Positions 47,554 through 60,063 of a stretch of DNA of 64,000 nucleotides are shown in pieces. Source of the DNA: Octopus sinensis (lineage: Eukaryota); assembly GCF_006345805.1 (NCBI RefSeq), contig NC_042997.1, positions 201,624,001-201,688,000 of the forward strand, in the 5' to 3' direction. Under the pieces are notes generated by a model. It had not been told where the DNA came from. It made no database searches and was given only the letters and a program-made list of their open reading frames with translations. The first letter of the stretch is position 1. Every line of letters begins with the position of its first letter. The translations under genes and the position numbers were made by a program.

Positions 47554-48010
47554 TGTATGTATGTATGTATGTATGTATGTATGGATGGATGGATGATGGA
47601 TGGATGGATGGATGGATGGATGGATGGAGGTATGTATGTATGTATGTATGGATGGATGGATGGATGGATGGAGGTATGTATGTATGTATGGATGGATCGA
47701 TGGATCGATCGATGTATGGATGGATCGATGGATGGATGCATGCATGCATGCATGTATGTATGGATCGATCGATCGATCGATCGATGTATGTATGGATGGA
47801 TGGATGGATGGATGGATGGATGGATGGGTGTATGGATGTACGTACGTATGTATGTATGTATGTATGTACGTACGTACGTATGTATGTTTGTATGTATGTA
47901 TGCACGTATGTGTGTATGTATGTAAGTATGTGTATGTGTGTATGAATGTATATGTATGTATGTATGTATGTATGTATGAATGGATGTATACATGAGTGCA
48001 TGTGTACATA
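47515..48010. repeat. Compound tetranucleotide array (TATG/TGGA/TCGA/TGCA/TACG)
   Basis: Direct reading. Confidence 0.95.
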
Positions 48011-49739
48011 TGTGCAAATATATATAATATACACGTATATGTATGTATACCTTAGAATGTTTACATTAGAATGTGTTCGCTTCATATTATTTAGAATAAT
48101 TCTGCAGACAGTAGTATTGGTGCATCTAACGCAACTAAAATAAGTGTAAATTTACTTGGTTAACTTAACCTCATTGAATTTCTTCAGCTATCGATTTTTT
48201 TCAGTCTACAGAGGTAAGATGATGCCCTCAATTTCCTTAGGCTCTTCTGGACTGGGTGATCTGTATACATACGTGAGTTCAGTGAAATTGGCCTTCTGTC
48301 TAATCAAAATAAAGAAAAAAATCAATATATCATCATATTTAATAGAGAATAAATCTGTTTGTTTTGACTTAATTTTTTTTTCTTCCTTCGCCATCTCGGA
48401 TATCTAAGGTCTGTATTTCATTGATTTATTTTTTGCGATGATGGAAACGAAGCTAAGATATTTGTTCATTCAAGTTACAACATCCGTTGTTATGTAATGC
48501 TTGTTACACCTAAAACTTCTTTAATTTTGCAAACAAAACAGACAAGTATTAACTACATCACCCACGAGTTATATATATTCTAGATATACACTATTTTTCG
48601 GCAGCTTTTTTTGCCAACATATAGAACATCGAATATCTAATTGCAACGAATTTTATGCTCCGATTTCCATTACTCAAAGTTGCTCGTTTCCGATCATCTG
48701 CTGGTAAACCGAGCCTGGTTTTCTTGAGAAATATCTACTGTCTGAATTTTCATTTTGAAATCGTACGATATAAAAGTTTGAAGAAAAAGCTTATCATTAT
48801 GTTCTGTTTGTAAAACTCTGTGAACGACAATTGCGAAAACGACTGCTTCATGCTCTCGCGTTTGATCTCCTGTTCTGGTTCTCGCGGTAACGTTATTTTA
48901 AACGGCATAAACTGCACTACAAGCGAAATCATTAAACTGTGTTGCTGTTGAAGCAATGTTCCAAAATAATACTTTTAAATAATAATTTCAATTATTGATA
49001 AGAGGCAAACACCTCGAAACTAGTCTGTGGATGCTAGACCAGCGAGAAGGGGAAGCTGCTGACTTCCCCTGTTCGAGGGTTATAATGGACACAGGTTTGT
49101 GTGTCACATAGCTAGCTAGAAGCGATGGCCTCTTGGAGCTAATCAACGACAGCATTCGTCCTATTCATCTGGACTGCCATGTTAGCTTGGCGATAATTAT
49201 TAATATCCAGTACGGCTGCCGTAGTCTCCTTTAGAGAGAATTAGAAATAATGATATTTCTAATTTCAATTAATGTTTATAGAAAACAATGGGTATGTACG
49301 TGGGTACTGATTTTGCATGCGCCTGTGCATGCGCATACATACATAAATAAATAAATAAATATATATATATATTATATATATATATATATGCACACTCATA
49401 CACACTTATATACATAGGATTATATATTCATGTATACAGCTATACATATATACACACACATAGACACGCAACTATACTACTAAAGCGTATCAATTAAAAG
49501 TTTCGAAATCAAAATTTTTTTTAATGAACCCGAAAGAAATTCAAGGAGGCTTGTTTTTGCATAAAAGATACTTAACCGCGTGAATACAGGGCGTTAGCAG
49601 CTCAGTTCTTTTGTTCAAACTATTACTGCCTTGAGTTAAAATTCTCAATTTTTCGAGCAAGCAAAAGTTACAGTGCATCATTGATTTGAAACTCCCGTTC
49701 CTGTATTATAGATAGTTGCACACTCTCTATAATAAACCA

Positions 49740-50120
49740 GGTAATATTGAATTCATGAGGCCTTGTCTCATGCGAGAACCATATTCGACAAAGCCGCAGC
49801 ACATTTTCTATCGAGGCTGACAAATGAACGTTTGTGCTCGTAGTAACTGTTTTTGAATGTGAGTTCCGTTACCCCAATATATATTTTAGGGTCATTACTG
49901 TTGGTTGATTCAACGTTAGCACTGTATACTATCGACTTTGCCAGGCAGTTACTGTTTAGAGGACAATACTCACAAATTTTACAGTTGCATGATCTATGTT
50001 TGCTACCTGTCTGCATCTCTCTTCTATTCAGCCTTACAGCATTATAACCTCTGATAAAACAACCAAGATTCTTGCAAGCTGACTAAGTAACCTTAACACA
50101 GTTGCTATTCAATATTTTTC
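49740..50120 (-). mobile_element. Penelope-like GIY-YIG endonuclease remnant
   Basis: SCNCKICEYCPLNSNCLAKSIVYSANV...KIYIGVTELTFKNSYYEHKRSF matches CNC...CPL.G.CL...IVY...YIG.TE..FK.R...H..SF. Confidence 0.85.
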
Positions 50121-51289
50121 TATATTTATGCCCTGGAGGAAAATAGTGATCTTTTAAATTAAGGAATTCTGTAGCTATATTAGTATTTATTGCTAGGTTA
50201 AGTACTGGGTTGTACCATAAAATGCTGCTTTCCCTATTCTTATTCTTACGCTGTGTTCCCAATGTTTTTACGTATCTAATCTTATCAGAGAACCCACTAT
50301 TTCTTGGCGGCCCATTATATTACTCAGCTACACACATAAACCATCGTCATCAACCGTTTTCGCACGTATCCTTCACAAAGATTTACAAACAGAACATAAA
50401 GGTAAGCTTTTTCTTCGAACTTTCATTTTATATTTCAAAAAATATTCAGACAGTGGATTTTTCTAAAGGAAACCAGGCTCGGTTTACCAGCTGAAGATCG
50501 GAAACAAGTAACGCTGAGTACTGGCAAGCGGAGCCTTTCAGTTATAATGTATTAAAGAATATTCTACATGTGTATTGAGTCCTGTAATTTATCGGTTCTG
50601 GTGAATCAGTAGAGATTTGAAAACACACACACACACATATGCATGTATGTATATATTGTTTGACGTCATAAGAATTAAAAAAAATTTGAGAGAACGTGAA
50701 ATAATTACCTTTTTGAAACAGTGGATCTCGAAGCACACATAAAGCTATTAATAATGGTATGTAAATATCGAAATGAGAAATCCTTTTGGATAGAAATATA
50801 TTTCTTAAGAGACTTGATCTGTGACTGAAACAATTACATTATGGTAGAATCATGAAAGTTATTTCAGCCATTTAAGAAACCTGAAATACAATTATCTTTT
50901 TTTTCCAATATGTTTTGTTTATAATCTTCATAGCATTGTCTTCTACGAACTGTCAACAAGTTCTCTTCCACCCATGTAATCTGGTGACCGAGAATATGTG
51001 GAATTGTCACGAATAAAACAAATACAAAATCCTGTCACCAACTAAACACATAAGTATGCTGTGTCTTACCAGTGTTTTTGTGTCATTTGTGGTTTATTTA
51101 CATTGGATGCATAGATTTTCGTTGAGTGGCAGCGAGGTACCATTTTTTTTTGTTTGTTTTGCTCGAGCCCTAACATTCATAAGGCTTCTAACTCGGTTTC
51201 CATGATGTATAAGCGACCGGGATTACAACATACCTTCTGAACGAGACGCCGGTCCGTAGCAGGATGCAAGGCCATCAATTTTTCGGAGA

Positions 51290-51465
51290 GGAGAGGAGAC
51301 AAGCCGATTGCGTCAGCTCTTGTACTTGGTTGGTACTTTATTTTATTGGGTCCGAAGAGATGTAAAGCTAAGTTGATCTGGGTAGTATTTGAACTCAGAT
51401 CGTAAAGAGCCAGAAGAAGTACCCTTAAGCTTTCCGTCAGACATGTTAATGATTCTGCCTGCTCA
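51290..51465 (-). mobile_element. Diverged SINE-1
   Basis: TTGGTACTTTATTTTATTGGGTCC...ATTTGAACTCAG...CTGCCTGCTC. Confidence 0.55.
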
Positions 51466-52304
51466 TCACTTGGCATAAGTATATTTATGTTATGTGGTCT
51501 CTGTTGTGATTTGACATGGCCTGCCTTATAAGGGTGTATCATCTGACATTTTTATCTTCTCTGTTACGGTTGTAATGTTGCCTCTTGTTGTTGTTGTTGT
51601 TGTTATAGCTGTTTAACACCAGGCCAAGCATGACATCCAATATATCTATGATGAAAGTGTAATATTTAATACACACTCACACACACACACACACACACAC
51701 ACACAACACACACACACACACTCACACACACACACATACGCGCGCACATTCTTCCTGTTTCTATTAGGATTTTTCATTTGTGCTTTTTTCTATCACATTC
51801 TGCATTGTGATAATGTTTGTAACACTTTTTTTTTAAATCCATGAAAGTGTTTTTTAGACCATCAGTATAATATTGCTCTATGGTTTAAATATTTTTGTGA
51901 GTCATGTTTACGCTGTATAACATTTGCTAATTTTGTTATTGATGGTTGTTCAGAGTATGTAATGCCTGAGGTTTCAGACTTTGCCTAAATTAAGTGTAGT
52001 GTTATGGCTTTGAATAAGAAGATAATGGCGGTACTTCCGGTTTTCATTGTGCTTACTTAGGATTTGCACTTTGTGCAAGTTCTTTTATGTTTTGTCTTGC
52101 CTGTATGCACGTGAATTGCTGCTCTTGTATCTATGACTACACCATCCGATGTGGATTATATACTTTTTGCAACTGGTTTTCTGTCAACTCTAAATTGCAG
52201 CCGCATTAACTAATCTTAAATCTCTTACTACCAATATATCGCTGAGTAAAATTACGAAAAAGTTCAAAACTACTACGAAGGAGTTTTCATTAGTTCGCTT
52301 GATA

Positions 52305-53112
52305 AAGGCGGCGAGCTGGCAGAAACGTTAGGACGCCGGGCGAAGTGCTTTGCAGTATTTCGTCTGGCGTTACGTTCTGAGTTCAAATTCCGCTGAGGTC
52401 GACTATGACTTTCATCCTTTCGGGGTCGATTAAATAACTACCAGTCACGCACTGGGGTCGATATAATCGACTTAATCCGTTTGTCTGTCCTTGTTTATCC
52501 TCTCTGCGTTTAGGCCCATGTGGGTAATAAAGAAATAGGTATTTCGTCTGTCTTTACGTTCTGAGTTCAAATTCCGCAGAGGTCGACTTTGACTTTCATC
52601 CTTTCGGGGTCGATTAAATAACTACCAGTTACGCACTGGGGTCTATATAGTCGACTTAATCCGTTTGTCTGTCCTTGTTTTTCCTCTCTGTGTTTAGGCC
52701 CTTGAGGGTAGTAAAGAAATAGGTATTTCGTCTGTCTTTACGTTCTGAGTTCAAATTCTGCCGAGGTCGACCTTGCCTTTCATCCTTTCGGGGTCGATAA
52801 ATTAAGTACCAGTTGCGTAGTGGGGTCGATCTAACCAACTGGCCCTCTTCCCCCAAATTTCGGGCCTTGTGTCTAGAGTAGAGAAGGATATATAAGGCGG
52901 TGAGCTAGCAGAAATGTTAGCACGCCGGGCGAAAGGCTTAGCGGTATTTCGTCTGTCGCTGCGTTCTGAGTTCAAATTTCGCCGAGATCAACTTTGCCTT
53001 TCATCCTTTCGGGGTCGATAAATTAAGTACCAGTTGCATAGTGGAATCGATGTAATCGACTGGCCCCCTCCCCAGAAATTTCAGGCCTGTGCCTAGAGTA
53101 GAAAAGAATTAT
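52305..53112 (+). mobile_element. SINE-1 cluster: head plus three 184-bp units, then a separate full copy (52894-53112)
   Basis: Units start TATTTCGTCTG at 52356/52540/52724; the last unit switches to tail type b. Confidence 0.9.
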
Positions 53113-53551
53113 TAGTTTATCAGAATAAATACTTTGTAGCATTTCTTGAAGCATTTTAGGTGCTGATTTCAATTTTCGCCAAGGCCAAAGGTTTTAGTCT
53201 AGTACTAGGGGTTGCGTAATCTACTTACCCCTTTCCCTCAAAATTGCTGAACTTGTGCATAAATTCAAAAACATTAAAACAGTGAATTTGCGGAATCTTT
53301 AGAGCAGTGGACTAAGTACTTAGCTACATATCTTCTGGATCGTTACTTTTTGAGTTCAAATCCCGCCGAGTTCAACTTTGCTTTTCATTTTTCGAAGTCA
53401 CCAAGAATAAAATGTCAATAAAGTACTAGGGGGGGGGGGTCGATGTAATCGATTAACGCCTTTCCCTATGAAATATCGTCGGCCTTTTTGCCTAGAGTGG
53501 AAAAGATCGTAATTATGGCGGTGATTTGGCCGAATCACTAATGCGTCTGAC

Positions 53552-54272
53552 AAAACAGCGCATGACCTTGCAGGTGGGGCCCAGTTAGAATTTTCCTCAG
53601 GTTGAGTAGCCCACCCTACCCAAAAGGTCCCTGAATGAGGGCTGTTTAAGGGGTTAGAATAATTCCAGAAGTGGATTATTCTAACCCCAAAGAAGTGAAT
53701 TATTCAAATCCCAAAGATTATTATTATTATTGAATGAGAGAGCAGTGCATGCCATCAAAGTGACACTGGGGTACAAATATACGAAGCCCAGCATACCCAT
53801 CATGACTACCTGTCTCGTAAGGGTACACTAGGCACATGCATCACAACCATATGTGCGCGACATGGTGATCTCATATCAAGATAAACAGCGCATGACCTTG
53901 CAGGTGGGGCCCAGTTAGAATTTTCTTCAGGTCGAGTAGCCCATCCTGCTCAGAAGGTCCCTGAATAAGGGTTGTTTAAGGATGTTGAACGAACCGTCTA
54001 TGTTTCCAGAGGTGAATTATCCAAACCCCAAAGAATTCCTCTCAACACCTGGCTATGATGCTCCCCCACTACTTCTGCTCATGATCAGAGATGCACATAT
54101 CATCAGCCACTAAGGGACATGCTCAACTGGTTACGGTCAAACAATTGACAAGCAAATCTGTGGTATTGAGCAGAATATTTGCTGTAGCCCATCTTTTATA
54201 CCAAGACAAAACAATGTACATGATAACACTTCCAATCAGTTAAGATCAGAAGCCACGAGAGCCATGGCATTT
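53552..54272 (-). mobile_element. AAT-element: full copy 53732-54272 plus partial copy 53552-53717
   Basis: Reverse complement of 9275-9831, flanked by (ATT)n. Confidence 0.85.
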
Positions 54273-54290
54273 ATTATTATTATTATCATT

Positions 54291-54642
54291 CAGTAGTTTT
54301 ATTTTTATAGCGTGCTTTCACTTCACTACCGAGCGCAGCTCTGTGTGCCTTGGGTATGCGCTGTGATTTGTTGTGATGCTTTGATGGTTATTGTATAGAA
54401 AGTGTTCTGCGTAGGATGTGTGCAGTGCCTAGTAGTGCAATTTTCTGTATGTTATATGTGTTTGTAAGTCCTGGTGTTTTTGTTATGTATTTGTCTGAAT
54501 ATTTTTTTATCATGCCTAATGCACCTACTATGATAGGAATTGTTTCTGTTTTCAGATTCCACATTCTAGTTACCTCTATTTCCAGGTCTTTGTATTTTGA
54601 GAGTTTCTCCATTTCTTTTAGAGAAACGTTGTCATCTGCCGG
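54291..54642 (-). mobile_element. RLE family 1 3' end (same family as 9859-10375)
   Basis: PADDNVSLKEMEKLSKYKDLEIEVTRMWNLKTETIPIIVGALG...LGTAHILRRTLSIQ*; (ATT)n on both sides. Confidence 0.9.
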
Positions 54643-54650
54643 TATTATTA

Positions 54651-54714
<64 letters not shown>

Positions 54715-54954
54715 AATTACTATGGCGGTGAGCTGACTGAAGCATTAGCGTGGCAGGCAAAATGCTAAGCAGCATTTCTTTCGGCTGTTTGTGTTTTGAG
54801 TTCAAATGCTGCCGAAGTCATCTTTGCTTTCCGTCCTTTCGTAATCGATAAAATACGTATAGTAGCCGTCAAGAGTTAGGACTAACCCCTTTTCCCAAAT
54901 TTTGAAACCCTTATTATTACATGCCAGAGTTTTACATTTAACTAAGAGACACCT

Positions 54955-55185
54955 TTTATCTTTTACTGGTTTCAGTCATTAAGACTTCGGCCATGCTGGG
55001 GCACCACCTTAAAGAATTTGTAGACGAATGTATCGACCACAGTACTTATTTTTTAAGCCTGGTACTTATTCAATCCTTCTCTTTTACCGAACTGCTAAGT
55101 TACGGGAACGTAAACAAACCAACACCCGTTGTCAAGCAGCGTTTGGGAAACAAACACTGACACAAAAGATACACACACACACACG
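54955..55185 (-). mobile_element. SINE-2 3' half
   Basis: TTTCAGTCATTAAGACTTCGGCCATGCTGGGGCACC...GGTTGTCAAGC-type motifs. Confidence 0.75.
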
Positions 55186-55261
55186 TATGTATGTATGTAT
55201 GTATGTATGTATGTATGTATGTATGTATGTATGTATGTATGTATGTATGTATGTATGTATG

Positions 55262-55731
55262 TATATTATTCAGTTTATTTCAAGATTTCTTGCCAATAAA
55301 AATCGGTTTCTAACCTAGATCCAAGGCTTCTTCATTGGAATTTCAACATCAACAACAGGGTATTTTTGTATGTATGTATGTATGTATTATGTATGTATGT
55401 ATGTTTTATGCATGTATTCTCAGGCATATAGTTACATATCTAGACATGCTCATATATATTTAAATGATAAACTTCTGGAAAGTTTTACATATTTTTACAG
55501 TTACAATGATGGATTCGTTCTGTAGTCTTCGAATTAGCTTTCTCTTTTCTGGTCTTGAGAAGCTTAATTTCTCAAGATTGGTATTTAGGCAGTGTGTTAC
55601 ATATCCCAGGTCCCCAATAATTACAGGTATAAATCTGAACTTGTAATCTGGATAGAGCAACTGCAGATTTTTCAGTAGTTCAGCAGAAGTATTCTCTTTT
55701 TCACTGATCTTCAGCTTCACGTTAACATTTC
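55262..55731 (-). mobile_element. RLE-type non-LTR element, family 3, 3' end embedded in (CATA)n
   Basis: LLKNLQLLYPDYKFRFIPVIIGDLGYV...LIRRLQ..SI..TVKICKTF is an RLE C-terminal IP..IGALG-like motif. The UTR ends AAATAAACTGAATAATA+(TACA)n and the 5' break also abuts (CATA)n. Confidence 0.65.
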
Positions 55732-55821
55732 TGTATGTATGTATGTATGTATGTATGTATGTATGTATGTATGTATGTATGTATGTATGTATGTATGTAT
55801 GTATGTATGTATGTATATATG

Positions 55822-56045
55822 TATGTGGTAGAGTGTAATTCGGCAGGAGGACTTAAACGACATGCAAAGGTACATGAAACACAGTTACAACTACAGCTAT
55901 TACAGGTAAAGGTTTTAGTTCCCAATTCTGTACAAGACTTTGTAGATCTTTGGCTGGACTAAAATGTCACATTCGATCACAGCACCAGTAACAGTTAAGC
56001 TTCGTGCAATGACCATACTCGATAACGAGGGGGCAGCCATAATAA
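55822..56045 (+). mobile_element. RTE-type LINE 3' end with C2H2-like motifs
   Basis: CNSAGGLKRHAKVH and CTRLCRSLAGLKCHIRSQH*, then CCATACTCGATAACGAGGG and (TATG)n. Confidence 0.6.
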
Positions 56046-56520
56046 TGTATGTATGTATGTATGTATGTATGTATGTATGTATGTATGTATGTATGTATGT
56101 ATGTATGTATGTATGTATATATGTCTACGTGGGTTTCTTTCACTTTCCATCTACCAAATCTACTCACAAATCTTCGGTCGACCCGATGGTAACCAGAGAA
56201 GAGAAAAAGTATCTAAAAAATCCCGAATGAACAAACAGAATCTACGAATCTAATGTCAAAATATGTGGGAACGGAAAATCAGAAAATGTCCATGAATATT
56301 TTGTAACAAAGTGACGATTAAATAAACCAAACAGATGCCGGTTACTTACTGCTTTTAAATCTCTTATCACAACCAGGAGCACATGAAACATGACTTAACA
56401 GACGACATTATTAACCGAATTCGGAGGAGGACAATTTTCAGGAATCCTATTAATGTGGTCAAGAATAACTTACGTGAATTTTCTCGACGTTGCAAAACAT
56501 GAGGGAGAAAAAGAAATATA

Positions 56521-56568
<48 letters not shown>

Positions 56569-56699
56569 TATACACATACATATATACATATATATTATAT
56601 ATATATATTATATATTATATATATATAACAATATTTTTTTTTTCATTATGTCTCATTTTATTTTATTTTGCCGTTTAAGTTTGAATCGCTTGTTTCTGT

Positions 56700-56920
56700 G
56701 TCTGATCTGTGTGCGCGTGTGTGTGTGTGTATGTATGTGTGTGTATGTGTATATGAGTGTGTGTGTGTGTCTTTCTCTTTTCCTCTCTTTCTCTGTCTTT
56801 GTCTGTCTGTCCCCCCTCTCTCTCTCTCTCGCTGTCTCTCTTTCTTTTTCTCTCTCCGTCTCTGACTGTCTGTCTCTTTTTTTCAGTGTCACTCTCCCAC
56901 TCACTCACTCACTCACTCAC

Positions 56921-56956
<36 letters not shown>

Positions 56957-57327
56957 TCACTTCTCTGTATGTTTATCTGCCTGTCTGTTCCTTTCTCTTT
57001 CGCAGTCACTCTCCTCCACTCTCTCTCTCCCACTCTCTCTCCCCCTCTCTCTCTGTCTCTTTCTCTCTCTTCTCCTCCTCTCGCTCTCCCCCGCAGTCTC
57101 TCCCCCTCTCTCTCTCATCCACGGGAAGAATCAGTGACTATCAATAATCTAAAGACAATTGATATTGCGTGTTTTTCTCTTAATGCCAAATGATGAAGAT
57201 TAAATGCTGAAGACAAAACAAAACAAAATTAACATTTGCGACTGGAACTTCAGAATCAATTGCTATATCATCATCATTGTCATCATCATCATCGTCATCG
57301 TCGTCATCATCATCATTGTCATCACCG

Positions 57328-57358
<31 letters not shown>

Positions 57359-57452
57359 TGTCATCAGTGTCATCAGTGTCATCATCATCACCGTCATCAT
57401 CTTTCTCATCATCAGCAGCATCGTCCCCATTGTCATCACCGTATCATTTTTC

Positions 57453-57489
<37 letters not shown>

Positions 57490-57500
57490 TCGTTGTCATC
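56700..57500. repeat. (TG)n, (TC)n and (CAT)n microsatellite field
   Basis: Direct reading. Confidence 0.95.
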
Positions 57501-58948
57501 TTTATAACATCGACACAGCCACATCTCTAGAATAGTTTTGTGCAAGCTCGGAGAAGAGGCGGGCGACGAGAAATTTTATTTTGAATTACTTATCTTGAAT
57601 CTTTCTATCTTAACTTTTCCAGACAGACATCAAATATCGATTGCGTGGGGGATTTTTCTTTTGATTTCTGATTTCTGAAGCCGTGCTATTTTTCCCCAGT
57701 TATTTCTAAGTTTATCCTGTTAGTCTTCATGTAAAAATGGGGACAGCTACATTGAGCAGGGAACTTCTTTTTTTTTTTTTTTTCACATTTCATCAACTTT
57801 ATCGTTAAATGATTACAAACCAGAGGAACACAAGAGAACACATCAATCGTAGAAGGTAGCTTTTCATTGAAGTTGTGTAGGTTATCAATAATACAAATAC
57901 TCTCGATCTTCTTTCCAAATTCTAATGCCAGTAAATGGTATTTATATCCAAGGAAATTCGATAGACGTTTTGAATTGAGCTGTCAGTGATTGACCAGAAA
58001 TATAATTGACTTCTGTCAGGGTTATACTCTCTGGAGTTTCGGAATGTTGCTTGTATGGTCGTGGAGAAGAAATGCCGGCTTTCTAATATATTTCGCTTTG
58101 ATTATTTGTCTTTAATTGTTGGTCGGCTTTGATTAGTCGACAATAGTCTGTGATTCATGAGTGATTTTCTTTGAAGGTTAAAGCTTGGTCTTACTGCGAT
58201 ATTTCTGATCAATTTTCTTTATCAATTTTCTTTTCTGGATTTCGTCATACAACTATTTTCAATTTATCATACAATAAATTTTAGAAATTCATACTATAAG
58301 AATATGCTATTACTGTTATTGTCGTTGCTGCTGCTGCTGCTGTGGTTGTTTTTGTTGTTGTTGTTGTTGTTGTTGTTGTTTTTGTTCTTGTTTGTGTTTT
58401 TGCTTTTGCTGTTTTTGTGTTTGCTTCTGTCGTTGATGTTTTAGCAGTTTGCCCCATGTGAGATCTAACTGAGAAGATCTATGACCAAAGATATTCAAAC
58501 CCAAATGCTGCAACAAAGGCTCTCAGTACTCCGAGGGCAAAGGAAAAATGTGCCACGCCCACTTTAATTACCAGTCATGATAAGCAATAAGACAAATTAG
58601 CCTTTAAACACCTGTGCTTGTAGAGCGACTTCCCGCACCTCGTCTCCGCGCCAATGCTTGACATCGATTCCAGCCAAATCTACATCATCTTTTCAGGAAT
58701 TTCTGTCTATTACAACATTATCTAATACAGTTCTATATTTAAGAGATGAGGAATTATGTACATTATTTTCATTATTTGCATTATTTACATTCGACAGATA
58801 TTTGTCCTCATCTTGTTTGTTGTTAACACAGCGTTTTGGTTGATATACCCTCCAGCCCTCAACAGGTGTCTTGGGGAAACTTCGAACCTGGGTACTCATT
58901 CCTAAGGTTTTTTTCGATGTTGTTACTATTATTATTATTATTATTATT

Positions 58949-59301
58949 CTATGTTTGACTTTTGCTTTATGTCTGTACAGGTTGGCTCCAAGTCTCACCC
59001 AGAGAGCTCAAGTGACAACAGGTTGGAAGTTCTGTGCCATATATTTGTTGGGTTTTTTTGGGGGGGGTTTGGTGTTGTACTAGTGAATGTCTAATACATT
59101 AAAAAAATTAAAAAAAAAAAAAATTAAAAATTAAAAAAAAAAAAAAGGTTGTTTAAAACCTTGGGATTACATAGAGAGTATTTTGCGTAGGATATGAGCA
59201 GTTCCCATGAGCACTATCTTTTGAATTTCTACCATTTTGGGGTTTCCTGGTATCTGAGTTAGGTAGCAATCAGTCCCTTTCGCTATCATTCCCAAGGCAC
59301 C
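58949..59301 (-). mobile_element. RLE family 2 3' end, copy B
   Basis: GALGMIAKG...IQKIVLMGTAHILRKILSM* plus UTR; (AAT)n on both sides. Confidence 0.85.
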
Positions 59302-59375
59302 ATTATTATTATTATTATTATTATTATATTATTATTATTATTATTATTATTATTATGATTATTATTATTATTATT

Positions 59376-59745
59376 CTATGTTTGACTTTTGCTTTATGTC
59401 TGTACAAGTTGGCTCCAAGTCTCACCCAGAGACCTCAAGAGACAACAGGTTGGAAGTTCACGTTGTTGTTATGCCTAGTTTTTTTTTTTTTGGTGTTGTA
59501 ATAGTGAATATCTAATACATAAATTTAAAAAAAAAGTTTGTTTTAAACCTTGGGATTACATAGAGAGTATTTTGTGTAGGATATGAGCAGTTCCCATGAG
59601 CACTATCTTTTGAATTTCTGCCATTTTGGGGTTTCCTGGTATCTGAGTTAGGTAGCAATCAGCCCCTTTCGCTATCATTCCCAGGGCACCAATAACAACA
59701 GGTATTGTTTTAGTCTTCAGGTTCCACATTTTGCTGATTTTGCTG
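59376..59745 (-). mobile_element. RLE family 2 3' end, copy A
   Basis: ISKMWNLKTKTIPVVIGALGMIAKGADCYLTQIPGNPKMAEIQKIVLMGTAHILHKILSM* (stop at 59556-59558); (AAT)n on both sides. Confidence 0.9.
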
Positions 59746-59815
<70 letters not shown>

Positions 59816-59916
59816 CTACTGCCTGGAATCGAACTCGTAATTTTGGGGTTAGTAGCTCGCGCACTTAACCACTGCGCCACATGCCCACGCTCTTAACCTT
59901 TACGCAATATGCCCAC

Positions 59917-59993
59917 GGGCATATGGCGTAGTGGTTAAGAGCACGGACTACTAACCCCAAGATTCCGAGTTCGATTCCAGGCAGTGACCTGAA

Positions 59994-60063
<70 letters not shown>

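Larger units (their letters stand above)
58757..59886 (-). mobile_element. SINE-4 (tRNA head-(AAT)n-PLE-like HHR tail), older copy interrupted by two RLE insertions
   Basis: Head 59812-59886 and tail 58757-58925 are homologous to 59917-60213. The HHR at 58825-58870 is decayed (CTGTTGA...AAAA). Confidence 0.8.

Noticed and set aside
52025-52045. YY1 plus ETS promoter motif (AATGGCGG-TACTTCCGG); also AAGATGGCCGC at 16037
   Set aside because: AT-rich context with no other promoter features; the surroundings look like decayed element coding sequence.
55300-55345. HHR-like ATGAAGA...GAAACCG in the RLE family 3 UTR (minus strand)
   Set aside because: C3 is absent, helix III and stem I do not form.
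57830-58260. Coding-like unique stretches (also 63040-63600)
   Set aside because: Multiple stops in all frames and no motif I can recognise.
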